Positions 20,544-30,619 of a DNA stretch of 64,000 nucleotides are shown one piece after another. A model generated the notes under the pieces. It did not search any database, was not told the origin of the DNA, and worked only from the letters and a program-made list of their open reading frames with translations. Numbering within the stretch: the first letter of the stretch is position 1; every line of letters starts with the position of its first letter. The stretch is from Clostridiaceae bacterium (GTDB lineage: Bacteria; Bacillota; Clostridia; Saccharofermentanales; DTU023). The stretch lies in assembly GCA_012800435.1 (NCBI GenBank), contig JAAZJH010000009.1:6658-70657 (forward strand). Reading direction: 5' to 3'. The translations under genes and the position numbers were made by a program.

Positions 20544-21254
20544 TCAGGCACCGAGATAGGCGTCCTTTACACGTTCGTCCGTCAGCAGATCCGACGATTT
20601 ACCCTGCATGATAATACTACCCGTTTCCAGAACATAGGCGCGAGAGGAGGTAGTCAAGGCAAGGAACGCATTCTGCTCGATCAGCAGGATACTTGTGCCC
20701 TCCTCGCTGATCCTACGAATAATGTTAAAAATCTCTTCCACAAGAATCGGCGCAAGACCCATGCTCGGTTCGTCAAGCATCAGCAAGCTGCCGTTTGTCA
20801 TCAGCGCGCGCCCGAGGGAAAGCATCTGCTGCTCGCCGCCGGAAAGCGTACCTGCCTGCTGATTCATGCGCTCATAGAGACGAGGGAATATTTCGTGCAC
20901 ACGCTCAAGATCTCTTTTGATCTGTGCACGATCCTTGATGATATTCGCACCCATAAGGAGATTTTCTTTGACACTCATCCGCGGAAACACCCGACGTCCT
21001 TCCGGTACATGCGCGATGCCGAGCTCAACGATTTGGTAGGGCTTTAGCTTTGCGAGTTCTTGCCCTTGAAAAATGATAGAGCCGCTCTTTGCCTTTTCCA
21101 AACCCGAGATCGTACGAAGTGTAGTTGATTTTCCGGCACCGTTAGAACCGATCAGCGCAACGGTCTCACCCTTTCGCACTTCAAAGGAGATACCCTTCAC
21201 TGCATTGATCGCGCCATAGGACACATAAAGATCCTTTACCTCAAGCATTGGCAT
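20544..21254 (-). CDS. livF: Branched-chain amino-acid ABC transporter ATP-binding protein (LivF-type)
   Basis: Walker A GSNGAGKST, signature LSGGEQQ and Walker B LLMLDEP. Overlaps the livG stop. Confidence 0.9.
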   Translation of the reverse strand: MPMLEVKDLYVSYGAINAVKGISFEVRKGETVALIGSNGAGKSTTLRTISGLEKAKSGSIIFQGQELAKLKPYQIVELGIAHVPEGRRVFPRMSVKENLLMGANIIKDRAQIKRDLERVHEIFPRLYERMNQQAGTLSGGEQQMLSLGRALMTNGSLLMLDEPSMGLAPILVEEIFNIIRRISEEGTSILLIEQNAFLALTTSSRAYVLETGSIIMQGKSSDLLTDERVKDAYLGA

Positions 21255-22020
21255 TTTGGTATCCTCCTCCTAAATACGCTTCTATGACCTTCGGATCTTT
21301 CTGGACCACATCAGGAGTGCCTTCTGAAATGGTCTTTCCAAAGTCGATAACCTTAACGCGATCCGCAATCGGCATAACAAAGTTCATATGGTGTTCGATC
21401 AGAATGATGCTAAGCTCAAAATCCTTACGGATCCGAACGACAAGCTCAGCCATTTCTTCGATTTCAGTCGTGATCATGCCGGCAACCGGCTCATCAAGCA
21501 ACAGAATCTTCGGATCTGTCATCAGCGCGCGCGCAAGCTCTAGCCGGCGCTGGTCACCGTAAGGCAAGTTTTTTGCCAGCAGATCGGCCTTGTCTGCCAA
21601 GTTCAGGGGCTCAAGCAAACTCATAACTTTCTCGTCGAGCTCACGTTCATGTTTTACCATCGTTCGGGTGCGAAGCAGAGAGCTGACCAAGTTGTCTTTG
21701 CTGTGCATCGTGGCCGCCATTTTAACGTTGTCTATCACGGAGGCATTAGAAAACAGACGAATATTCTGGAACGTTCGGCTGATACCGCGCTGGGCAAACT
21801 GATAGGGTTTCAGACCGACAAGACTCTCTCCTTCCAGCTCGATGGAGCCGGATGTTGGACGATAAATCCCGGTAAGCATGTTAAAAATAGTTGTCTTTCC
21901 GGCGCCGTTCGGGCCTATTATTGCAACCAGCTCGTCTTTTCCCAGACTCAGATTAAAATCATCTACAGCGCGCAATCCGCCAAATTGGATGCTTAAGTTT
22001 TTGACCTCAAGAATTCTCAT
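21241..22020 (-). CDS. livG: Branched-chain amino-acid ABC transporter ATP-binding protein (LivG-type)
   Basis: Walker A GPNGAGKTT and C-terminal BCAA-type extension. Confidence 0.9.
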   Translation of the reverse strand: MRILEVKNLSIQFGGLRAVDDFNLSLGKDELVAIIGPNGAGKTTIFNMLTGIYRPTSGSIELEGESLVGLKPYQFAQRGISRTFQNIRLFSNASVIDNVKMAATMHSKDNLVSSLLRTRTMVKHERELDEKVMSLLEPLNLADKADLLAKNLPYGDQRRLELARALMTDPKILLLDEPVAGMITTEIEEMAELVVRIRKDFELSIILIEHHMNFVMPIADRVKVIDFGKTISEGTPDVVQKDPKVIEAYLGGGYQNANA

Positions 22021-22035
22021 CGCAGGCTCCTCTCC

Positions 22036-23070
22036 TTATTCCTCGGACAGACCGTTCTTTTTCCGACCAAACAAGGGCTGCTCGTAGAGCGAAGAACGTT
22101 TGATACGCAGGAAAGGAACTTCCTTGCCGCCGATGAGACCTTCGCTGCGGTATAACATAACGGCAATCAGAATAATCGCATATAGCACAAGACGCCATGT
22201 GGCCAAGAATCGAAGTACTTCCGGCAAGATGGTCAGCAGAACTGCGCCAACAACCGAGCCGGTCAACGAACCGCTGCCGCCTGCGTACAAGTAGACTAAA
22301 TAGTCCGCACTCTTGACGAAACCGAACGAATCGGGCTGGATGAAGGAAAGCACGTGCGCGTACAAACCTCCTGCCACGCCCGCGATAAACGCAGCGATAC
22401 AGAAGGACATAATCTTGTATTTGGTGGTATTGATGCCCATTGCGTCCGCAGCAATCTCATTATCACGAATCGCGATAAACGCTCTTCCATACGATGAATA
22501 AATCAAATTGCGTAACAACCAAAGCGTCAAAACGACGAAAAGCATGATCCAGAAAAAATTGGCATAGTTCGGAATTCCGATCATACCGCGAGCGCCGCCG
22601 ATGGGCTGAATCAGACGCAGCAACGCGCGAACAATCTCCCCGAAAGCCAGTGTTACGATGGCCAGATAGTCGCCCTTGAGTTTCAGGGACGGAATACCGA
22701 TCAAAGCGCCGACGATCGCCGCAACGATGCCGCCACAGAGCAGACCAAGAAGAAACACAGGGATCTGTGCCGCCTCCGGAATACTATTACTTTTGAAAAC
22801 CATCGTCGTAATCACAGCGGCACCGTAAGCACCGAGAGACATGAAACCCGCATGACCGATACAGAACTGACCGGTAAATCCGTTGACGAGGTTCAAACTG
22901 GCAGTCATCAGTACGTTAACTCCCGCGAATAACATGACCTGCATATAATAACCGTTAATTATATCCGCTTTGCGAAGCAGCATAATAACAACATAGAATA
23001 CGATACAGCCGAGCAGAGGACCGAACTTTCTTAGCAACGGATGCATCGTCTTTGCATTTGTCGTTTTCAT
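22036..23070 (-). CDS. livM: Branched-chain amino-acid ABC transporter permease (LivM-type)
   Basis: Polytopic 344-aa permease in liv operon order. AAGGAGG RBS. Confidence 0.88.
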   Translation of the reverse strand: MKTTNAKTMHPLLRKFGPLLGCIVFYVVIMLLRKADIINGYYMQVMLFAGVNVLMTASLNLVNGFTGQFCIGHAGFMSLGAYGAAVITTMVFKSNSIPEAAQIPVFLLGLLCGGIVAAIVGALIGIPSLKLKGDYLAIVTLAFGEIVRALLRLIQPIGGARGMIGIPNYANFFWIMLFVVLTLWLLRNLIYSSYGRAFIAIRDNEIAADAMGINTTKYKIMSFCIAAFIAGVAGGLYAHVLSFIQPDSFGFVKSADYLVYLYAGGSGSLTGSVVGAVLLTILPEVLRFLATWRLVLYAIILIAVMLYRSEGLIGGKEVPFLRIKRSSLYEQPLFGRKKNGLSEE

Positions 23071-23085
23071 AATTGTCCGTCCTCC

Positions 23086-24012
23086 TTAAACCTTCTCTAT
23101 GGTAACCTTGCCCATGATACCAGCCGGCTTCACAAGAAGGATTACGATAAGGATGATAAAGCCGACGGCGTAGCCAAAAGTCGAGTTGATCGCGGTCGCG
23201 AAGATCTGTGCGATTCCGAGAATGAAACCGCCGAGCATTGCGCCGCGAATATCGCCTATACCGCCAAGAACAGCTGATACAAATGACATATTGCCAAGCC
23301 AAGAGCCCATATAAACTTCGACCTGAGGATAGACGCTGGCATAGCAAATACCGGATACTGCGGCTAGCGCTCCTCCGATGAAAAAAGTGATGGAAATAAC
23401 TTTGTCAATGTTGATTCCCATCAGCGAGGCGGCATCTTTGTCCATGCTGACCGCACGCATCTGAGCGCCTATCTTGGTTTTGGCGACTAAACGGTCGAGC
23501 GCGAGCATCGTAACGGCTGCCAGCACGATCATAATGATCTGCGTAGATGTTATGGATGCACCTAGGACATTAAACGTCTTTGGAGTAAACAGCGTGGGAA
23601 ACGGGCGCGGGTTCGGACCGATAAACGGCAGCGCACGCGGGAAATTTGTCAGAAACATTGACACACCGACCGCTGTGATCAGAGCAATCATACGCGGCTT
23701 ATTTCGCAAAGGACGGTAAGCAATGGCTTCGACGCCAACAGCAATACCGCCGGTCATGACCGTCGCAATTAAGATGATGCAGCCTACAGCCAACATTGGA
23801 TAGGTGCCGTCAATAGACATACTGTCAAAGAGTTTGGCGATAAAATACGTGCCAAGCGCGCCGATCATCAGAAAATCGCCATGCGCGGTATTGATCATGC
23901 CGACAATGCCGTAGACCATGGTATAACCCAGTGCCAGCAACGCGTAAACGCTTCCCAACTGAAGACCGTACACTAAATATTGCAGAATTGTTGCCAAAGC
24001 AATCGCCTCCAT
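23086..24012 (-). CDS. livH: Branched-chain amino-acid ABC transporter permease (LivH-type)
   Basis: Polytopic permease. I chose the internal ATG (MEAIALATILQYL, 308 aa) over the TTG at 24066. The start is uncertain. Confidence 0.85.
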   Translation of the reverse strand: MEAIALATILQYLVYGLQLGSVYALLALGYTMVYGIVGMINTAHGDFLMIGALGTYFIAKLFDSMSIDGTYPMLAVGCIILIATVMTGGIAVGVEAIAYRPLRNKPRMIALITAVGVSMFLTNFPRALPFIGPNPRPFPTLFTPKTFNVLGASITSTQIIMIVLAAVTMLALDRLVAKTKIGAQMRAVSMDKDAASLMGINIDKVISITFFIGGALAAVSGICYASVYPQVEVYMGSWLGNMSFVSAVLGGIGDIRGAMLGGFILGIAQIFATAINSTFGYAVGFIILIVILLVKPAGIMGKVTIEKV

Positions 24013-24084
24013 TCCAGTAAAAATAAAAAGGTGTGCCGGCGGGCAAAAGCTCATCCGACACACCAAGTAATCATAGATTATAGA

Positions 24085-25242
24085 TTACGGATTGACCGTG
24101 GAGACGTAGCGGGTTATACCATCTGCGTCATACTGCATGATGATACCGCCCTTGATCGGGTTGCGGGTTTCAGGATCCATAGTCATCTTACCGGACGGCA
24201 GATCCAGACCGTCGATGGCTGCAAGCGCATCGCGCACACCGGCACGATCGAGCGTTTTGGCATTCTGAATTGCCCAGACAATCATCTTGACCGCTTCATA
24301 GGTCAGCTCCGCATTGGAGTTCGGCAGTTCGTCCGGATGCAGCTCGACATAAGCGTCAACGAACTTCTTGGCTGCCTCGTCCGTGGACTCAGCAGAGAAA
24401 GCAGAGACATACGCAACACCTTCGATTGCAGGTCCGGCAACTTTAGCGACATCAGGGGTATCCGCGCTGTCACCACAGACGATCTGACAATTCAGGCCTG
24501 CAGTACGAGCCTGCTGAATCTGAAGGCCGAGTTCAACGTTCAGGTTCGGGAGCAATAGTACATCGGGATTCTGTGCGGCCAACTTGGTCAACTGCACGTT
24601 ATAGTCCTTTACGTCGGAGCCGGAGTACTCTTCGATGGCGAGCACTTCACCATTGTAATTCTCAACGAAAGCGTCCTTCAGGCCAACTGAATAAGCATCG
24701 GCGTTATTGAACATGATACAGGCGGTCTTATGACCCTGCCCATCACAGTAAGCCGCAGCAACGGCGCCTTGGAACGGATCGATGAAACAAGCACGGAAAA
24801 TGTAGTCGCCGACTTCCGTAACAGCGGTGTTGGTGCCGAACGACGTGATCGCCGGGCACTTCGCGTTCTGCGCGATTGGCGCAGCGGCCAACATGCACTT
24901 TGAGGAGTCCGGACCGGCAATTGCGATAACCTTCTCTTCCTCGATCAGCTTCTGATAGACGTTGGCAGTCTTCTCTTCGGAACCTTCGGTGTCCATGACG
25001 ACGAACTCAATCGGATATTCCTTGTCGCCAACGGTAATCTTTCCACCGAGCTCCTCCTTCAAAACGTCAGCACCGTGGGTGCTGTACTTTCCGGCCATCG
25101 CTGCCATTCCGGACATCGGGAATGCCAGACCGATCTTGATGGTCTCAACAGAGCCTTTTTTCTCTGACGGGCCGCAAGCGCACACGGAAACTGCCATGAT
25201 GACACATAGAGCCAGACAAAGAATACGTAATATTTTTTTCAT
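24085..25242 (-). CDS. livJ: ABC transporter substrate-binding lipoprotein, Leu/Ile/Val-binding family
   Basis: Lipoprotein signal LCLALCVIMAVSVCACG and a periplasmic-binding type I fold pattern. First gene of the liv operon, with GAGGAGG RBS. Confidence 0.88.
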   Translation of the reverse strand: MKKILRILCLALCVIMAVSVCACGPSEKKGSVETIKIGLAFPMSGMAAMAGKYSTHGADVLKEELGGKITVGDKEYPIEFVVMDTEGSEEKTANVYQKLIEEEKVIAIAGPDSSKCMLAAAPIAQNAKCPAITSFGTNTAVTEVGDYIFRACFIDPFQGAVAAAYCDGQGHKTACIMFNNADAYSVGLKDAFVENYNGEVLAIEEYSGSDVKDYNVQLTKLAAQNPDVLLLPNLNVELGLQIQQARTAGLNCQIVCGDSADTPDVAKVAGPAIEGVAYVSAFSAESTDEAAKKFVDAYVELHPDELPNSNAELTYEAVKMIVWAIQNAKTLDRAGVRDALAAIDGLDLPSGKMTMDPETRNPIKGGIIMQYDADGITRYVSTVNP

Positions 25243-25589
25243 TTTTTCCTCCTCTGATTTGAAGTATTGACCTTATTCTAAATCTTATTCAGATATTAGA
25301 ACCGCATATTGACCTATTGTATCAATAGTCAAAAACTACACGGCAATTATACACTATCATAATACATTCTGAACAAATTAAACAAGATGATGTCCCATAG
25401 CAAATCTCTCCAGCTAATAATTCCGAAGAAGACTTGAAAACAACTTAGCGACAAAAAATTCTTAAGGAATAAATGAGCAGTCGTTAATTATTGATCATTC
25501 TTAAACACGTATGTGATATAACTTGTGCTAAGCTTAACGAGGCAAATTCTATGATCAAATGATTCACTTTCGCGAAAGGTGGATGCCGT

Positions 25590-25970
25590 ATGCCAACCGG
25601 AATTTTGGATTCCTTCCAGCTCGTTGTCGGACTGTATCTATTCTATGTCGCAATCAAGGGCTCCGGCCAGATGTATCGATTCGGCGATATGGATGAAAAA
25701 ACACAACTGCAGATCCGTAAAACCTTACGTATTCTCTATGCCGTAGGCGGTACGCTCGCGCTCGCGGAGTTCGGGCTCTGCGCTCTGCAGAACAGCATGT
25801 TTACTCGTACAGCAGACGAATCAGGCGTAACGATTACACAGAACTATTCCATAGAGGCCTTGCCGTTTCTGAGCTACAATCTGCTTTCTATCTTAATTTT
25901 CTCTCTCACTGTGTTGTTGGTTGGACTGCTGGCTTTCATCTTTTTGTGGATGCGACGAAAAAGTTGCTGA
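25590..25970 (+). CDS. Small hypothetical membrane protein (3 predicted TM segments)
   Basis: AAAGGTGGA RBS lies 7 nt before the ATG. Three hydrophobic stretches. No family recognised. Confidence 0.55.
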   Translation: MPTGILDSFQLVVGLYLFYVAIKGSGQMYRFGDMDEKTQLQIRKTLRILYAVGGTLALAEFGLCALQNSMFTRTADESGVTITQNYSIEALPFLSYNLLSILIFSLTVLLVGLLAFIFLWMRRKSC

Positions 25971-25990
25971 ACCGATGCTCGGTTATCGTA

Positions 25991-27319
25991 CTAGGCAAGC
26001 AGAAGTTCGGTTTGGCGTCCGGAAAGATAACCGGCAACACCGTCACGAAAAAAAATGTCTTCTTCCAGATAAGCAAAAACGGGCTGATCTTCCCATTCGG
26101 GTACGGGAGTGAGGATATTGAGCTCCAAAGCATAACATGTATTGTTCCGGATCTTATATTCGCCGCGTCCCGGGATGATCTCTTGCTGACCATATTGTCC
26201 AAAAACAGGGCCCGCGCCGTGACCGTAAGTCCCTAGTGGATGCGTGTACAGCATGGGAACGATGTTTTCGTTTTTTGCTTGTTGAATTGAGCGCAGAAAA
26301 ACGTCATTGCCCGACCGGTCTTCCATGATAAACGACATGACAATATCCTGAAAACGATTGCCCGTACGAAGCACCTGTTCTATACCTTCCGGCGCCTCTT
26401 TCTCGCCATCTTTAAGTACATAGCAAAGGCGCTGAACATCTGAATGCAGATACAGTAAAGCGGGACGAAAGCCTACATCACAATGGAGGAGATCTCCCTT
26501 TTCAATAATCTCGTTAAACATCCGGCTGACATCAGAACCGCGACGCTGCAGATCGATATCGGGACCGAACCAGAAAAAAGCTTCCATGTCTGCAATCGCG
26601 TCACGCATTAGCCATTCCAAGTCGGTCGTCGTTGTTTTACCCGGCACAATTGCTTTTTTGCAAAACGCCATATTAATTATGTTGTGTGTTACGTCAACAA
26701 TGGTGCGTATCAGCTCCTGTTCAAGATCGGTCACACGCTGCATATAGCCGACGACCACGTCTTCAGCACTACAGAGAGATTGTTTCAGATCGGAGGGAAA
26801 ATATTCGCAAAGAGCGTCGTCTAACCATGAGGTTAATCCATCCGCCATTGCTAGGTTTCCGGATCGGTTTACCGCAATACGTTTAGGCCGATATTTGACA
26901 AGAAGATCTACCAACGCCTTAAACTCTGATCCATATTCAAAAGAAACTTGCTCATAAAAGGGCTGAGAGGCAGGTGAAAGACCGCCTATCCCGAATCGGC
27001 GCAAACGATCTTTTCCTTCTTTTAGAAAAATGAGAGCATTCATTCGACGCGCGTTAGGCATATCCCAAGCAACGAGTGAACGAAAGACAGGATCTTCACA
27101 GTATTCGCGTGAAAGGACGATCCAACAGTCAACACCTGCTTCGTTCATCGCGATCGGGAGCAATTTATTAAGGCGTTCTTCCAGTACATGAACCGATGTT
27201 TCCGCCTGTTTCTTCAAAGGATAAAGCCCCGCCTTTTCAAGCTTATGCTTCATTTGATTAATGTTAATTTTATCCATCGTCATGATTCTCTTTTCGTTGT
27301 TTAAAAAACATCTCTTCAC
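25991..27319 (-). CDS. M24-family metallopeptidase (Xaa-Pro peptidase/aminopeptidase P-like)
   Basis: Pita-bread ligand pattern LLHCDVGF, HPLGTYGHGAGP, YALELN, LEEDIFF. Start ambiguous: GTG at 27319 or ATG at 27283/27277. Confidence 0.8.
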   Translation of the reverse strand: MKRCFLNNEKRIMTMDKININQMKHKLEKAGLYPLKKQAETSVHVLEERLNKLLPIAMNEAGVDCWIVLSREYCEDPVFRSLVAWDMPNARRMNALIFLKEGKDRLRRFGIGGLSPASQPFYEQVSFEYGSEFKALVDLLVKYRPKRIAVNRSGNLAMADGLTSWLDDALCEYFPSDLKQSLCSAEDVVVGYMQRVTDLEQELIRTIVDVTHNIINMAFCKKAIVPGKTTTTDLEWLMRDAIADMEAFFWFGPDIDLQRRGSDVSRMFNEIIEKGDLLHCDVGFRPALLYLHSDVQRLCYVLKDGEKEAPEGIEQVLRTGNRFQDIVMSFIMEDRSGNDVFLRSIQQAKNENIVPMLYTHPLGTYGHGAGPVFGQYGQQEIIPGRGEYKIRNNTCYALELNILTPVPEWEDQPVFAYLEEDIFFRDGVAGYLSGRQTELLLA

Positions 27320-27526
27320 TTCACCTCCATGGTGTTTAGATCACGGTAAAGGCTATTTATGTATCATCCTGTTGTCGCAAGTATACTTGGTGCTCTGTTA
27401 TTATAAACAGCCTTTTCGTGGTCATTTAAAGATAAAGCGGTATTTTCACGACTTCTTAGCTCGACGATAAAGGCACATTTTTTCCCTTATTACAATCGGC
27501 ACAATTCTTTCTCGACAACGGAACCG

Positions 27527-27557
27527 TTCTGTGTCCTCTGAATAAGAGGACACAGAA
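27527..27557 (-). terminator. Perfect 13-bp hairpin downstream of the peptide SBP gene
   Basis: TTCTGTGTCCTCT-gaata-AGAGGACACAGAA. No U-tract, so it may be a terminator or an mRNA-stabilising hairpin. Confidence 0.45.
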
Positions 27558-27742
27558 TGGTATTTCAACGACAGCTCACTCTGTTGCACAAAGCAGAGTC
27601 AGAGACTTACGCTAAGGGTAAATGATCACGTCAACAGTTCTCCAAGCACAGAGCATGAGTGCATCATTATAAAGTTTCTTAACTAGGACTGATAACTAGC
27701 TACGCGCCTTGTGCGAGAAGATGAGCTTTCAGCTGTCTAGGT

Positions 27743-29266
27743 TTAATCAAAGGACATGGCAGCGTAATCAGAATCACCACCTGCGTTGATATTGAAGCCC
27801 TTCAGGTTTTTGCTGTAGACAGTAACTTCTGTGTCGTGTTGCAGGAAGACGTACGGGGATTCATCCCAGCTAATTTCCTGTGCCTTTTTGTACATCTCCA
27901 TACGTTCGGCATCATCGGTTGAAGCCTGAGCATCTTTTAACAACTGTTCAACTTCAGCGTTGTCGTAGAATGCCATGTTACCGCCTGCACCCTTCAGAGC
28001 AGGGTTGATAATCGCAAGACCATAGTCCGGAGTTCCGAAATCGCTCCAGCCAAGGACAAACATTTCAAGCGTCCCTTTGATAACTGCGTCAATAAATGCA
28101 CCGCGCTCAAGCGTCTGCATTTCAACCGTAATACCTACTTCGCCTAGTTGTGACTGCACCATTTCAGCGATGTCGCGACGAACCTGATCTTCATCCGTCG
28201 TGATTGTGAGCGTAATCCCATCCGCATAGCCAGCCTCTGCGAGGAGAGATTTCGCTTTATCTACGTCATGGGAGAAGGGAGGTAGCGCATCGTGGTATCC
28301 CCAGTGTCCCGGGCTCATAGGAGCCGATGCGATGACACCGATGTTTTGGAATGCGAGTTTTAGAATCGCCTCTTTGTCAGTACCAAAGTTGATGGCTTGA
28401 CGCAACTTTACATTTTTCAACAGTTCGTTATTCATGTTAAGACCGACAAACTGCGTAGTAAATGAAGGCTGCATGTTGACAACGACGTTTTCGACTTTTT
28501 CAAGACGAGATACTTCACTCGGTGCGACTTTTGTTGCGATATCGATGCCGCCGCTTTCCACTTCGATCGCCCTTGTGGAGCTTTCAGGAATAACGCGGAA
28601 CACGAGCTCCTTAATTTTCGCTTTATCTCCCCAGTAATCGTCATTGCGGGTCAACTTAACAAAGTCATCCTGTTTCCATTCAACAAGCTTGTATGGGCCT
28701 GTACCAACAGGATTGGTGGAATAATCTTTGTCGGCTTCCGTGTACGTTTTTTCATGGACGATTGAGGTCACCGCTTGAGTCAAGTGTTGCAAAATAGATC
28801 CGAAGGGCTCTTTCATTTTCATTTCGTAAGTATAGGTGTCAATGACTCTGCAGTTATCAAAGTCAACCATCCCTGTAACTGATTCTGCATGTGCATTGTC
28901 TTTTTGCATGTCAAACGAAAATTTAACGTCAGAGGCTGTCAGTTCTTCACCGTTGTGGAATTTCACGCCCTTACGCAATTTAAATACGTAGGTTATATCA
29001 TCCACAATTTCCCAGCTCTCTGCCAGACAGGGCACTACATTCATATCCTTGTCATACTTAACGAGTGTTTCGTGAATGTTTTTATTGACCTTTCCGGCCG
29101 GCGAGTCGGTAGTGTTGTACGGATCGAGTGTAATCGGGTTTGCGGTAAGACCAACCACAAGTGAATCTTTTGTTTGCGGTTTATCTTTCCCGCCGTCACA
29201 TGCGCTCGCTAAAAGCGCGACGACCAATATGATTACCACGAGCAAGCTGATTTTTCTCTTTTTCAT
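27743..29266 (-). CDS. Peptide/nickel ABC transporter substrate-binding lipoprotein (SBP family 5)
   Basis: Lipobox LLASACDGG and family-5 SBP length and sequence pattern. Start set to MKKRKISLL (ATG 29266), preceded by AAGGAG. Confidence 0.9.
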   Translation of the reverse strand: MKKRKISLLVVIILVVALLASACDGGKDKPQTKDSLVVGLTANPITLDPYNTTDSPAGKVNKNIHETLVKYDKDMNVVPCLAESWEIVDDITYVFKLRKGVKFHNGEELTASDVKFSFDMQKDNAHAESVTGMVDFDNCRVIDTYTYEMKMKEPFGSILQHLTQAVTSIVHEKTYTEADKDYSTNPVGTGPYKLVEWKQDDFVKLTRNDDYWGDKAKIKELVFRVIPESSTRAIEVESGGIDIATKVAPSEVSRLEKVENVVVNMQPSFTTQFVGLNMNNELLKNVKLRQAINFGTDKEAILKLAFQNIGVIASAPMSPGHWGYHDALPPFSHDVDKAKSLLAEAGYADGITLTITTDEDQVRRDIAEMVQSQLGEVGITVEMQTLERGAFIDAVIKGTLEMFVLGWSDFGTPDYGLAIINPALKGAGGNMAFYDNAEVEQLLKDAQASTDDAERMEMYKKAQEISWDESPYVFLQHDTEVTVYSKNLKGFNINAGGDSDYAAMSFD

Positions 29267-29356
29267 AGTGCATCTCCTTCTTTTTTCTCTATGCAAACCG
29301 TAGCGCTAAGGCAGTGCCTACATGACACCACGGGCAAAGGTTCTTGATGATGACCG

Positions 29357-29567
29357 GACAATTATTCATTTTTTTTAGAATTTGTGCCCGATGGCGACCC
29401 GAAGGAAGCCAATTTTTCATTTTTTTAGACTTATTCTCCGACAGATGCGCTACAGTAGACATTTTCTCTAATAAAGTTGAATTTCTGTCCAGCGGGTGCC
29501 CTACTGTCGGACGGTTCTTCTAATAAAGTTGAATTATTGTCCAAAAGGTTCTGGGTAAAGCTATGAC
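29357..29567. repeat. About four phased 51-52-bp degenerate tandem repeats in the dppF-dppA intergenic gap
   Basis: 29467-29491 and 29519-29543 match at 23 of 25 positions (CTAATAAAGTTGAATT..TGTCCA). 29365-29391 and 29416-29441 share TTCATTTTTTT(T)AGA..TT....CCGA. All four cores are spaced 51-52 bp apart. Confidence 0.65.
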
Positions 29568-29598
29568 GCTTGTCAGAAGCGACCTAATGGAACTGCAG

Positions 29599-30606
29599 TT
29601 ATTTGTTTTCAATCTCGACGGTATCTTCGGGAAGGGGCAATTCGTACGGTTGCCCTTCTTTTTGAAGGTGGCAAGCTACGTAATGTTGATCCTTCACGTG
29701 GACGAGATTCGGTTCTTTTTCGAAGCAAATCGGCTTTGCATGCGGACAGCGTGAAGCAAACCTACAAATCGGTTTTGGATCGATCGGTGATGAAATTTCA
29801 CCGCGTAGCAGAATGCGCTTCCTCGTCACACCAACTTTCGGAAGAGGAATCGCGGATAAAAGCGCCTGCGAATATGGATGGTATTGTTGTTTGAAAAGTG
29901 TCTTCGAATGACACATTTCAACGACTTGACCTAAGTACATGACACAGATTTTGTCGGATATATGTTTAACGACGGACAGATCGTGTGTGATGAAAATGTA
30001 GGTCAGATTCTTTTCTTCCTGTAGATCCTGCATCAAGTTAAGTATCTGTGCTTGAATCGATACGTCGAGCGCACTCACCGGTTCATCGCAGACAATAAAT
30101 CGAGGTTCTAGGGCGAGAGCACGGGCGATACCGATGCGCTGTCGACGTCCTCCGTCAAGTTCATGAGGATAACTATCAGCGAGACGTCGAGCCAGACCAA
30201 CTGTGTCCATCAGGTCAAGTACGGATTCACTTTGTTTCGTGCGGTCTCCATCGTAAAGACGATGGATTTCCATCGGTTCGAGAATGGTATCCTTAACGGT
30301 CATACGTGGATTCAATGAGGAAAACGGATCTTGGAAAATCATCTGCATTTCCCGGCGTAGTGCCTTTAGTTCTTCTTTAGATGGCGAAGAAATGTCACGA
30401 CCGTCGTAGAGAATAGCGCCGGCAGTCGGTTGAAGAAGACGAATGACCGTTCGGCCGAGTGTGCTTTTGCCACAGCCGCTCTCGCCGACAACGCCAAGTG
30501 TTTTTCCTTCCTCAATGCTGAAACTGACTCCATCAACCGCATGTACGGTACCCGACGGCGTTTTGAAGTATTTTTTCAGATCACGAACTTCCAATAAAGT
30601 GCTCAT
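29599..30606 (-). CDS. Peptide ABC transporter ATP-binding protein (DppF/OppF-type)
   Basis: Walker A GESGCGKST, signature motif, and C-terminal oligopeptide-type domain with Cys residues. Confidence 0.9.
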   Translation of the reverse strand: MSTLLEVRDLKKYFKTPSGTVHAVDGVSFSIEEGKTLGVVGESGCGKSTLGRTVIRLLQPTAGAILYDGRDISSPSKEELKALRREMQMIFQDPFSSLNPRMTVKDTILEPMEIHRLYDGDRTKQSESVLDLMDTVGLARRLADSYPHELDGGRRQRIGIARALALEPRFIVCDEPVSALDVSIQAQILNLMQDLQEEKNLTYIFITHDLSVVKHISDKICVMYLGQVVEMCHSKTLFKQQYHPYSQALLSAIPLPKVGVTRKRILLRGEISSPIDPKPICRFASRCPHAKPICFEKEPNLVHVKDQHYVACHLQKEGQPYELPLPEDTVEIENK

Positions 30607-30619
30607 GAATCAACCTCCT

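Noticed and set aside
20315-20611. 98-aa plus-strand ORF in the livF-kdgK gap.
   Set aside because: It has no RBS, overlaps the livF 3' end in antisense, spans the predicted livF terminator, and has biased Ser/Ala/Pro composition.
25283-25300. CodY box in the liv promoter region (reverse strand AATATCTGAATAAGATT).
   Set aside because: It matches only about 9 of 15 positions of AATTTTCWGAAAATT by eye, which is not distinguishable from AT-rich background.
29357-29567. CRISPR-like reading of the 52-bp phased repeats (conserved segment of about 28 nt plus variable segment of about 24 nt).
   Set aside because: Only two well-conserved copies exist, plus two degenerate copies of a different subtype. 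The period and spacer lengths are too short. There are no cas genes in the window, and the repeats sit inside an ABC-transporter operon.
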